Notes under the pieces: generated by a model
Databases searched by the model: none
What the model was told of the DNA's origin: nothing
Seen by the model: the letters and a program-made list of their open reading frames with translations, nothing else
Shown: piece after piece, positions 28,057 through 36,859 of the stretch
Layout of the letters: each line of letters opens with the position of its first letter
Numbering within the stretch: position 1 is the first letter of the stretch
Source of the DNA: a virus
Taxonomy: Duplodnaviria > Caudoviricetes
Strand: one strand, 5' to 3'
Virus record (IMG/VR): IMGVR_UViG_3300018405_000014
Location: 32,001-96,000 of that record
DNA length: 64,000 nt
Position numbers and translations under genes: made by a program

Positions 28057-30294
28057 TTAACCTCCAGTTCCAGCGCCGGTATCAGAACCGGTACCAGTGC
28101 TGCCAGTGCTACCTTCGACGGGGTCGGTGGCGTCGGCGCTACCGGGAAAGTTCTGGACGGGATACGCCCAGCCCTCCGACAGTACTTCGTCCAGGCCGAT
28201 CACGTTGATCTTGCCGAAGATCGGGAGGTGGTTGACGTGACGGTTACGCGGCTGAACCATCGCTTCACGGATCTGGGTTTCATCACGGCTCACGTTAACG
28301 TGGCTGATCAGTTCCGGAATCCAGAAGTGAGTACCGCAGTTCAGCGGATCGAGGCCTTCGGTTTCACGCTTGAAGGTCCAGTAGATGGTGCGGCGAATGC
28401 GCTCGTCGACCGAGGTCACTTTCTCGAAGCTGATGTCGTCACCCAGGGTACGGGCATCGCCGTCCTTCAGGATGTACGAAGCAGTCTTCGGATCGGAACC
28501 GATGATCACGTGCACCTTCTCACCAACGTAGCCGGTGTAGGCGTCCAGAGCGGTCTTGTAGTTGGACTCCAGGATAGCATCCTGAATGTCGCTACGCAGG
28601 ACGTTGCCCAGAGCAGCCTGGACGTCCTGTACGCGCTCGAAGCTGCGGCGGCTGATTACCAGCTCACGCAGGTCGAGGTTGCGCTCACGGAACCACGGAC
28701 GGACCAGGAAGCGTGCGATACCTTCGACTTCCGGCAGGAGGTCGTCAGCGTCGATGCTGCCGCTCAGGAACTTCCAACGGCTCAGGCCGTCAACGAAGCG
28801 CTGCAGAGTGGTCACAGCCATGTTGTCGTTACGCAGACGCGCAGCAGTCACCAGCAGATCGATGTCAGCCATGCCACGGGCTTCAGCCAGCGGGGACGGA
28901 ATCGACAGCGGGCTACCCAGCATCACCGGATAACGCTCGGTGTACTCGGAGCTGTTCAGCTGCAGGCCGCGCAGACGGCGGTTGGCGTTGGACAGGCGAG
29001 CAGCCGGTTCCCAGCCGATCACAGCGAGGTCAGCCAGGCCATCAGCGATGGTCTTGCCTACGCCAGCGTTGGTCAGGGACAGGACTTCACCAGCAGCGTT
29101 AACCACACGGTCAACAGCGATGGTAGCCGGGTTGACAACAGCGTTGCCCTTCTCGACGTCCACGTTACCAGTCACGACCAGAGCCAGAGTCACGGTGTAA
29201 CCACCTTCGACGATCTGCTTCAGGATCGGGTTGGTTACCGGCTCGCCATTGTAGTTCAGGGACTTGGCATTGATCTGGATGGAGCTCGAACGGAAGTTCA
29301 GTTCCAGTTCGCGGGCCAGACCCTGGTTGCCCTTGATGAACGCAGCACGCGGCAGGTTCTCGACATCGAAGCCCAGAACGTCGCTGTCACCCTTACGGAT
29401 GTACAGAGTCTTCAGACCGACGTTGCGGTCCAGAGAATCGGTCTGGTTGGCTTGACCGGCGATCTTGACCAGAGTGTTCTGGGCCAGGCCGACCAGGTTG
29501 ACGCGATTGCCGACTTTCAGAGCGCTGGTGGTGACCTTACGGTTGCCCAGTTCAACGCTGCGCGGAGCGATGACGTTTTCGGCGACGAACAGATCCTTGT
29601 TACCGTCATGGATTTCCGGTACCAGAGTGGTCGACTGGTCGGCCAGGATCTTGTAGTTCAGAGCAGCTTCGAGCAGACGGCGCTGTTTGAAGTCGGCGTG
29701 GTCGCCACGGGTGTTGTGCAGGAAGTGGTTCAGCACGAGGTGCGAACGGATGGTGACGTCAGCGCCGCCCTGTTCCGGGGTCAGAACCACGGTACGGTAG
29801 AAGCCTTCAGCGAATTCGCCCTGCTTGGCCGCTTTCTGGTTGTAGACCATGGACAGACCGATGAAGTCGGTCAGGTTGCTGTTGTCGAAGGCTTCCAGGG
29901 AAGCGACAGCTTTTTCCATGAAGTCGAAGTCGCCGAGGGACTCGACGGAAACGACGGTGCCAGCGCCACGAGGAGCGGAAGCGTCCGAAGCGCTGAGAGC
30001 GGTACGGGCGTATTCAGCCGGGGAGGCCGAAGCCATGGCGATAACAGCAACGGCGTCTTTCTGAGCCTTGGTCAGGGTTTCGCCGCCGAAGGATTCCAGG
30101 GAGACCGACAGGTCGCTGACCACGGATTCCATGGACAGTTCCAGGTTTTCACGGTCCAGCGAGGACAGCGATTCCATGGATGCTACACCGATGTTACCAA
30201 CGATGGCACCCTGGCTGAAACGGGATTGCAGATCTTGAGCCTGACTGGCCAGGGTTTCCTGGGCGGTCGGCGCCTTCTTACCTACTACACTCAT
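28057..30294 (-). CDS. Major capsid protein (phiKZ gp120-like)
   Basis: 745 aa from MSVVGKK (alternative start 30357); propeptide with SMES/SLES/SLEAF sites; QGEFAEGFYRTVV, VQPRNRHVNHLP motifs; strong codon bias; synteny. Confidence 0.85.
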   Translation of the reverse strand: MSVVGKKAPTAQETLASQAQDLQSRFSQGAIVGNIGVASMESLSSLDRENLELSMESVVSDLSVSLESFGGETLTKAQKDAVAVIAMASASPAEYARTALSASDASAPRGAGTVVSVESLGDFDFMEKAVASLEAFDNSNLTDFIGLSMVYNQKAAKQGEFAEGFYRTVVLTPEQGGADVTIRSHLVLNHFLHNTRGDHADFKQRRLLEAALNYKILADQSTTLVPEIHDGNKDLFVAENVIAPRSVELGNRKVTTSALKVGNRVNLVGLAQNTLVKIAGQANQTDSLDRNVGLKTLYIRKGDSDVLGFDVENLPRAAFIKGNQGLARELELNFRSSSIQINAKSLNYNGEPVTNPILKQIVEGGYTVTLALVVTGNVDVEKGNAVVNPATIAVDRVVNAAGEVLSLTNAGVGKTIADGLADLAVIGWEPAARLSNANRRLRGLQLNSSEYTERYPVMLGSPLSIPSPLAEARGMADIDLLVTAARLRNDNMAVTTLQRFVDGLSRWKFLSGSIDADDLLPEVEGIARFLVRPWFRERNLDLRELVISRRSFERVQDVQAALGNVLRSDIQDAILESNYKTALDAYTGYVGEKVHVIIGSDPKTASYILKDGDARTLGDDISFEKVTSVDERIRRTIYWTFKRETEGLDPLNCGTHFWIPELISHVNVSRDETQIREAMVQPRNRHVNHLPIFGKINVIGLDEVLSEGWAYPVQNFPGSADATDPVEGSTGSTGTGSDTGAGTGG

Positions 30295-30442
30295 TTTTTG
30301 TTTCTCCGCGAAGATTGCAGCGCGCGCTGCGTGACTGCGAGCATACCGGGTTTTCATCTCCGTCCCCCGATACTTACGCAAGTTTTGCATACCATTGCAG
30401 AAAGATGTCCGCAATAGTCCTCAATAAAATACCGGCTTTTAG

Positions 30443-30952
30443 TTACAGTTGGTTCACGGCGTGCTGAAACGTGATAGTTTTAGCCAACTCGTGTACACCT
30501 ACCATGTCATAGAGTACGGCGCTGATTTTAAGCGAAAGGTCAGCACGGGCAGTTTTCAAATCCTGCTCAGACTTATCCGACGCCTGTGTACATAGAAAGA
30601 GTCCCAGAGTGTTCTGGTCGATCATTTCTACATGGGCATGTAGCTCACCCTGCCTGTTGGTAGTCGCACCGAAGACAGTAGTCTCGAACGGCACGTTGGC
30701 GCAAAATGCACGTTCTTCGAGGTTCAGGCTTTCACCTACACCGTCGAAATCGAAGGTGCATTTGCCCTCACCCAACAGGATGTTCAGGATTTCTTCACGA
30801 TGGGATTGCACCAAGCGGTAAATCAAAAGATCTCTGCTTGATACTATGCCAGACAACTTTTCCCAATCAGTGAGATCGGCATTCGACAGTCCCAGCTCCT
30901 TCATGATGAGGTTGAGCCAGACAGGGACTACGACCAGTTTGATTTTGCTCAT
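30443..30952 (-). CDS. Conserved protein upstream of MCP (gp119-like)
   Basis: 169-aa ORF, GAGGA SD, between MCP and DnaB. Confidence 0.65.
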   Translation of the reverse strand: MSKIKLVVVPVWLNLIMKELGLSNADLTDWEKLSGIVSSRDLLIYRLVQSHREEILNILLGEGKCTFDFDGVGESLNLEERAFCANVPFETTVFGATTNRQGELHAHVEMIDQNTLGLFLCTQASDKSEQDLKTARADLSLKISAVLYDMVGVHELAKTITFQHAVNQL

Positions 30953-30993
30953 TAGACATTCATCCTCTTTAGAGCGGTGGTTAAGGCTTATCC

Positions 30994-32553
30994 ATGGACA
31001 TTAAGCTATTCCTTGTTAAATCCGTTTCGCTTCTGTACCTTGAAAGTCAGGTAGAGGGGTATAAATCCGGTAACGTCTCGTTAATTCGCGATCTATTGAC
31101 CAACCTCCAGCTTCCAGATGACATCAGCGAAATCGGCGAAGGGCGGAACGTCCTTGCCAATCTCCGCACCACAGTCCTGTGGATGCTTAATAACGGTGAT
31201 TCACAAAGATATGAACCGGATTCGCTTCTTCAGCGGCTTCGGATGAACACCCAGCATGACGATGTCACCTATAAAGCCCTTGAAAAGTCTATCCGTAAGT
31301 ACCCGGATGAGTCCGTCGTCCGCAAACATATCAATGACATTTCGCAGGAACTGCGCCGCTACAAAAACCGCGAGAAGCTGCACGAGATCATCAAGAAGGC
31401 GTCCTACACTCTGAGCTTCAAAGAAGCCGAAGTCGAGGATTGGGACGGCTTTATTCTCAACACCGCCCAAGACCTCTTGTCGGTGGACATGGAAACTGAA
31501 GACCGGGTCGACCCTGCCTTCATTACCAGCGTCAACTTCCAGGACAAGAGTTCGGTCACCGCGGCGTTCGAGGACATGAATAAGTCCTTGGGCACCGAAG
31601 GTATCATCCGCTGGCCAATCAAGGCCCTGAACCGTCTCATGGGCGTCCAGGCAGGGGGTAGACGCGGTGAGTTCGGTCTGATCAATGCCCTGCCTGGTAA
31701 CAATAAGTCAGGCACTATGCTTGACCTGTTTATCGGCACCTGCATTTTCAACGATCCTTTCCTGTTCGATCCTGAGAAGAAACCTTTGGCTCTGTTCTAT
31801 AGCACCGAAGATGACATCCCAGTGATCATCCAGAAGATCTACGTGATCCTGCGGCAGCGGGAAGTCGGTCACGCAGTCTCTGTCAAAGGTATGGACCCGC
31901 AAGCTGCTGCTGAGTACGTCATCGAGAAACTGCAAGCCCGTGGCTGGAACGTGGAGCTGCACCGTATCCGGGGTTCATCATTCTCCTATGCCAAGTACAT
32001 CAAGCACCTGGAGCAGTACAAGGCTAAAGGGTATGAGGTAGCAGTATCTTTCGTCGACTACCTGGCAATGTACAGCAAAGACGGCTGTGCACAAGGCTCG
32101 ACTGGTGACGACCTGCAAGACCTGTTCAAGCGTGTGCGTGAGTACACATCTGCTGAAAAGATCCTTCAGGTCACAGCACACCAGCTCTCGACCCAAGCCA
32201 AGGAAGAGAAGCGCATGAACCCCACCAAGTTCATTCGCGACATGCCGGGCGGCGGTTACTACCAGGGCTGTAAGAAGCTCGATACCGAGGTGGATTGGGA
32301 GTTCTACGTCAACAAGCAAGTGGTCAACAACGGCACGTACTTGGAATACATCTGGGGTAAACACCGCGGTGTGGTGGAGCCGACTCCAGAGGCGCACAAG
32401 TACTTCGTCATGCGGTATCTGGATAACCACATGTACGGCATCCCGTACGACCTGGATCTGGATGAAGACCTCAGTTACAAAGTCGTGGGTGGACGTCCTA
32501 ACTCCGAAGGCGGCGGAGCTACGTGGGACGACATTGAAAACATCGCAACATAA
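30994..32553 (+). CDS. dnaB: DnaB-like replicative helicase (phiKZ gp118-like)
   Basis: GGRRGE, ALPGNNKS (Walker A-like), STED, FVDYL, TAHQLS, GKHRG. Confidence 0.85.
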   Translation: MDIKLFLVKSVSLLYLESQVEGYKSGNVSLIRDLLTNLQLPDDISEIGEGRNVLANLRTTVLWMLNNGDSQRYEPDSLLQRLRMNTQHDDVTYKALEKSIRKYPDESVVRKHINDISQELRRYKNREKLHEIIKKASYTLSFKEAEVEDWDGFILNTAQDLLSVDMETEDRVDPAFITSVNFQDKSSVTAAFEDMNKSLGTEGIIRWPIKALNRLMGVQAGGRRGEFGLINALPGNNKSGTMLDLFIGTCIFNDPFLFDPEKKPLALFYSTEDDIPVIIQKIYVILRQREVGHAVSVKGMDPQAAAEYVIEKLQARGWNVELHRIRGSSFSYAKYIKHLEQYKAKGYEVAVSFVDYLAMYSKDGCAQGSTGDDLQDLFKRVREYTSAEKILQVTAHQLSTQAKEEKRMNPTKFIRDMPGGGYYQGCKKLDTEVDWEFYVNKQVVNNGTYLEYIWGKHRGVVEPTPEAHKYFVMRYLDNHMYGIPYDLDLDEDLSYKVVGGRPNSEGGGATWDDIENIAT

Positions 32554-32560
32554 GAGCCAA

Positions 32561-32597
32561 CATAAGAGAGCAGCCCTCGGGCTGCTCTCTATGCCGT
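32561..32597. terminator. Hairpin between convergent genes
   Basis: cata-agagagcagccc-tc-gggctgctctct-atgcc. Confidence 0.75.
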
Positions 32598-32600
32598 TTG

Positions 32601-33224
32601 TCATGGAGCGTTCTGTGCAGCGACCAAGGCTTCGATCAGAAGTGTTTGTTCATCAATGGTGCGTTGTAGTTCGGCAACCTTATCGCTCAGGCGAATGATG
32701 ATGGCGGTGTCGGTTTCTGTGTGGGTCACAGCCGCACGCCGCGCCGCTGTCAACTGGGTGTGTTGCTGCTCGCTAACATGGTCACTGACCGGTGCACGCG
32801 TCACGTAGAACACCGGGTCGACACCGATCTTGGCTTTGACCGATTCGGTGATAGCCTGAACGATATCATCGGTACTGCGGTTCTCAGGCCACATCCCTAA
32901 CGAGACTGCCAGCACTAAGTGGCTGTAAGGAATGCTGCCCATGCTTGGATAGCGTTCGATGTAGGTGTCAGGTACATAGATCAATGATCCATCTTTATCA
33001 CGCAGACAGATGACCAGGGCATTCAGTGAGAGGTCATCCTTGTAGGCGGTCTCGGTCAGCCCGACTGGAGCATAGATCAGCTTCAGCGGCTCTTGCCCAC
33101 GGGCGATGAGTTCGTTGAATTGACGAATGGCGATGACGGTATAACTTTTGTCCGTATCTGCAACGAAAGGCGCACGGAACAGGAAGGCACCAGAAATACC
33201 CATCGGGGGAGTCATGCGGATCAT
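32601..33224 (-). CDS. Conserved hypothetical (probable virion) protein
   Basis: 207-aa ORF, GAGG SD; YVPDTYIERYP; C-terminal coiled coil. Confidence 0.7.
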   Translation of the reverse strand: MIRMTPPMGISGAFLFRAPFVADTDKSYTVIAIRQFNELIARGQEPLKLIYAPVGLTETAYKDDLSLNALVICLRDKDGSLIYVPDTYIERYPSMGSIPYSHLVLAVSLGMWPENRSTDDIVQAITESVKAKIGVDPVFYVTRAPVSDHVSEQQHTQLTAARRAAVTHTETDTAIIIRLSDKVAELQRTIDEQTLLIEALVAAQNAP

Positions 33225-33318
33225 GAGGTGACCTCAGGCAAAGAAAAAGAAAAGAAATAGGGAGAGGGGCCGAAGCCCCTCTCTGTTGTTAAAGACTAGG
33301 GCATAGCATATCCAGTCC

Positions 33319-33702
33319 CTAGAACCGCACCAGGTCAAACCCGATGATCTCAGAGGCCTTGGAGCTGATATGTGTCCTGATCCCAAGGACCATCCGATCG
33401 GCCTGATCCCGCTCGATCAGTTGCTTGATCAACTTGCTCTTGGGGCCATGAGGTTGAATGACACCCCGCAGTTGGCCAGTGGACTCATCATAATGAACAC
33501 TGACAATCTTTGCACAGACGTTCTTCTCGTTCACCGAGGTGTGACGGTCGGCGCGCTGCTGGATCGTCTGGTGACCAAAGAGTGATGGCGTACCGAACTC
33601 AACCAGTAGGCCACCCGCAACTGCTGACCGATGAAGTTTCTCGACAACCTCAGGAGACAGGTCTAGGGCAAATTCCCCCAGACGTACAGACGCTTCTTTC
33701 AT
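33319..33702 (-). CDS. Hypothetical protein
   Basis: Start MKEASV with GAGGAG SD; followed by hairpin + U-tract 33239-33285. Confidence 0.65.
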   Translation of the reverse strand: MKEASVRLGEFALDLSPEVVEKLHRSAVAGGLLVEFGTPSLFGHQTIQQRADRHTSVNEKNVCAKIVSVHYDESTGQLRGVIQPHGPKSKLIKQLIERDQADRMVLGIRTHISSKASEIIGFDLVRF

Positions 33703-33712
33703 GAGTCTCTCC

Positions 33713-34513
33713 TCAGTACATGCTAGCACGCAGACCAATGGGTTTATCGTTACCGTCGTAGCAGATGGGGTATTCGCACATCCCACCTTCATTCTCGACA
33801 CGGGTCTCATCGACCAATGGCAGGTATTTGGGCAGGTCAGCTATCTTTACCGCCCGACCATTGATTGAGCAGTCGTCATCTGCCCTGGGGTTGCACCAGG
33901 CTTCATTGATTTCATCCATCGGGACTTTCTGTGCAAGGTCAGGCACCTGACTGTCAGAGAGATAACCATCCAAACCGCCAATGTAGAGATGATCCATCCG
34001 GTTCTTGATCAGAGCTTCACTGGCACCATAAGTCCGGTAGTATTCGAGAATGTAATTGGCAGCATCCACGTAAGCCACCTGACCCCGTCCAGCATTGGGA
34101 CCCTGGTCCAGTCGATAAGCCATGGGCTGACCTTCGGTGGATTGATCCAGGTAATACCAGATATTGATGACACCCTGATTACCGACCGGATAAGCCCCTA
34201 CAAGGTAGCCTTGGTTGACCCCTGTACCTACGCATTGCCCACGGGCCGAACACGTGAAGAGGATCTGATTGAAGGTGTTGTAGTGCCGTCCTGTACTTTC
34301 ATCGAACAGCTCCACGGTCGATTCACCGATCCAGGCGCAGGAAATAAACCCTTCCCCTTGTTTGTGGTAACTGGCCGTCTTGACAGAGCAGGGGTAGTAA
34401 AGCGGCAGGTTGCTCATGTTGCTTTGGGTGGGTGGGTTGAAGGCATGAGCCGGCAGGACAATCAGAGAGACTAGCAGCGATACAGTGAGCCAGAAGGCGC
34501 GTTGAATAGTCAT
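33713..34513 (-). CDS. Secreted/periplasmic Cys-rich protein
   Basis: Signal peptide MTIQRAFWLTVSLLVSLIVLPAHA|FN; 8 Cys; GAGG SD. Confidence 0.7.
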   Translation of the reverse strand: MTIQRAFWLTVSLLVSLIVLPAHAFNPPTQSNMSNLPLYYPCSVKTASYHKQGEGFISCAWIGESTVELFDESTGRHYNTFNQILFTCSARGQCVGTGVNQGYLVGAYPVGNQGVINIWYYLDQSTEGQPMAYRLDQGPNAGRGQVAYVDAANYILEYYRTYGASEALIKNRMDHLYIGGLDGYLSDSQVPDLAQKVPMDEINEAWCNPRADDDCSINGRAVKIADLPKYLPLVDETRVENEGGMCEYPICYDGNDKPIGLRASMY

Positions 34514-34607
34514 GGTTGTGTACCTCAGAAATGTTGAGTTAAAACCCGAATAGGCGCTTGATACGTTGAAAGAAAGTGGGTTTGGGGTGTAGCCATGATC
34601 GGGTTCC

Positions 34608-35180
34608 TTATATTCTCGGAGATACCGGCCCGTCTTCCTGGTTCTGGTACTTACCAGAGCGCGAAGCATACGACGTATTGCATGGCGCCCCTTCGAAAAA
34701 CAATACTTGACAAGATCCTTCACCCGCATAGAGCATCGCTGGCAATGGAGTGGTGTTGGCAAACTCTAGGGTTACATACCCTTCCCAGCCAGGCTCGAGA
34801 GGAGTAGCCAAGCAAGAGATCCCACAGCGCGCGTAGGTCGATTTACCAAGTACGATGCCGACCATGTTATCAGGCATTGAAATGCGCTCGGCGCTACTCG
34901 CCAAGACAAACGAGTTCGGCGGAATGATGCACACGTCACCTTCAAAATCGACAAATGACTTATCGGAAAAATTCTTAGGGTCGATGATGCTGTTGTTTAC
35001 ATTGGTGAAGATTTTGAATTTCTTACCGACCCGAAGATCGTAACCGTAGCTAGATAGACCATAGCTGACAATCTTATCCCCTGATTGTGAGATACGGACT
35101 TGTTCTGGATTAAATGGATGGATTAACGGAGTGTCTCCGCTACAAAGTGCTTGAATCTGATGGTCGGCCAAAACGGTCAT
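34608..35180 (-). CDS. dcd: dCTP deaminase
   Basis: [46 protein letters not shown]. Confidence 0.92.
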   Translation of the reverse strand: MTVLADHQIQALCSGDTPLIHPFNPEQVRISQSGDKIVSYGLSSYGYDLRVGKKFKIFTNVNNSIIDPKNFSDKSFVDFEGDVCIIPPNSFVLASSAERISMPDNMVGIVLGKSTYARCGISCLATPLEPGWEGYVTLEFANTTPLPAMLYAGEGSCQVLFFEGAPCNTSYASRSGKYQNQEDGPVSPRI

Positions 35181-35201
35181 GGTATTCTCCTAAGAAATTA
35201 G

Positions 35202-35957
35202 TTAAACATCGATGGTGTGAAACCGTAATCTAGCAATGCCTTCACCTAGATAAATCGTGAGGGCACTATTGGTCACGTTGGTGATCTGTAGTGTCATCAC
35301 GCCTTCAAACTCTGGTTCGATGGGGGTGACGTTGCAGATCAGCGCAGATCGTGCATAGGTACTCTTACCCGACACGGTGACCAATACGTCACGCGGGATA
35401 TTGAAGTACTCGGCCGTCGGAGCCTGGATGTAACTGTGGGCTGGGATCAGCACATACTTGGCACCGTCTTCGTCAACCCGGATGTACGGTGCTGCGAAGT
35501 TGGTCTCCTTCATGCGCTTGGGATCTATTTCAGGCTCGAAGACGTTGGTGAAGACCTTGATCTGGTCGGGGTCACTCGTCAGGCTAACGTCGTAACCATA
35601 GGACGAAGTGCCGAACGAAATCACTTTACGGACGCCCTCATCCAGCGGTTCGCCATCAATGAAGACGCCCTGATAAGGCATGTTGGTGGCCTTATCGACA
35701 TACCGCACAGGACGGTCATGAAACTTGTCGATCATTGGCTTCCAATCCAGCCAATCATCATCCGACAGGGGTTTGGCATAAGCCCTATTGATGAAGATTT
35801 CACGCTTGTTCTCATCGCACCAGTTGGCGATCAGGGCTTTCTCCTCTTCGTTGTACGGTGGGGAAATCAGGCGCCCTTGGAGACCATCACAGTCATACAT
35901 CCGGTGCGTAGGGCGGGTGCACTGACGAATGATCCAGTTGTCAGACTTGATAGACAT
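35202..35957 (-). CDS. dCTP deaminase paralogue (insertions, E>Q, C-terminally short)
   Basis: MSIKSDNWI, SFGTSSYGYD, GKSTYARSA, PIEPEFEGVMTLQI. Confidence 0.8.
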   Translation of the reverse strand: MSIKSDNWIIRQCTRPTHRMYDCDGLQGRLISPPYNEEEKALIANWCDENKREIFINRAYAKPLSDDDWLDWKPMIDKFHDRPVRYVDKATNMPYQGVFIDGEPLDEGVRKVISFGTSSYGYDVSLTSDPDQIKVFTNVFEPEIDPKRMKETNFAAPYIRVDEDGAKYVLIPAHSYIQAPTAEYFNIPRDVLVTVSGKSTYARSALICNVTPIEPEFEGVMTLQITNVTNSALTIYLGEGIARLRFHTIDV

Positions 35958-35959
35958 TT

Positions 35960-36310
35960 TCAGATGTTCCTGTGGTTACGGTTGAGGTAGAAGAGGGCAT
36001 GGGCCACATTGCGACCGTGGACACCCAGTTCCCGTTTCTGGACGGCCAGGGATTTGCGGTTCAGCAGATTTTCAAGAGGGCCCATGGTCTTGACCAGCGC
36101 ATCGTATTTAAGCCTGACGGTATCGAACTTCAACTGGAGGTTTGTCACCTCCATCTGCGCGGCTCTCAACTCGCGGTGATTGCGATAGACGGCCGTTGGC
36201 ATGGTCGCCACTACTGTCTTCACCGAAATCTGTTTCATTTCGTTGAAGAGTTTGGTTGCAGCCCGGTACTTCGTTGGATACCGACGGAAGAAGCGAAACA
36301 GTGACGGCAT
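35960..36310 (-). CDS. Hypothetical basic protein
   Basis: 116-aa ORF with AAGGA SD ending just before dcd paralogue. Confidence 0.55.
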   Translation of the reverse strand: MPSLFRFFRRYPTKYRAATKLFNEMKQISVKTVVATMPTAVYRNHRELRAAQMEVTNLQLKFDTVRLKYDALVKTMGPLENLLNRKSLAVQKRELGVHGRNVAHALFYLNRNHRNI

Positions 36311-36629
36311 GATTGAGATCCTTTACAATATTGACTTCGATGCACTTTCTGAGTGCAGTGGAAAAATTCAAGCGGGTCGTGGCCACGCCTTGTTTAGTCT
36401 TGACCGCAAAGTTCTGGGCCAGTTTAAGTACAGCTTTGCGGACCACTTCGAGCTCGACGTTGTCAAAGCGGCGGATGAAGAAATCGCCTGCATAGAACAC
36501 CTGAATCATGCCCGATGTCTTGCCTTGCTTATCGCGAGCCACACAGGTGCCCAACGTCTTGAACCCCGGTAATGGATACAGACTCACCACAAGGCGATCG
36601 CAGACCTTGTGAACAGTAAAACCTTCCAT
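36108..36629 (-). CDS. Hypothetical early protein (3' end overlaps next gene)
   Basis: AAGGAGG SD before MEGFTV; first gene after promoter at 36686. Confidence 0.6.
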   Translation of the reverse strand: MEGFTVHKVCDRLVVSLYPLPGFKTLGTCVARDKQGKTSGMIQVFYAGDFFIRRFDNVELEVVRKAVLKLAQNFAVKTKQGVATTRLNFSTALRKCIEVNIVKDLNHAVTVSLLPSVSNEVPGCNQTLQRNETDFGEDSSGDHANGRLSQSPRVESRADGGDKPPVEVRYRQA

Positions 36630-36685
36630 AACGCCTCCTTGTACAGACATAGTTAAGTCGCAGTCTTTTATTTTAACGACTGTCT

Positions 36686-36721
36686 ACACGGTGGTAATGT
36701 AGGGTCATTAAATGGTCGAAT
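36686..36721 (-). promoter_or_regulatory. Putative early promoter
   Basis: ATTCGA-N14-TACATTAC-CACCGTGT. Confidence 0.7.
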
Positions 36722-36859
36722 GGTAACTTCCCTCGAGTCTATTTAGGGGTTCTATTTTTAAGAACTAGAGGGCGGTCTAATTATGTGCAGGCGACGAAAA
36801 CTCAACCTTTTCGATAGCCATTTAACCCCATGATCAACCCAGTAAAAGAGAGCCAACAC

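Noticed and set aside
27934-30417. 827-aa plus-strand ORF antisense to the major capsid gene
   Set aside because: Shadow ORF caused by strong codon bias of the MCP gene; no SD or motifs.
36722-36859. Cobalamin riboswitch upstream of nrdJa
   Set aside because: The leader is short and I could not find B12-box or core riboswitch motifs.
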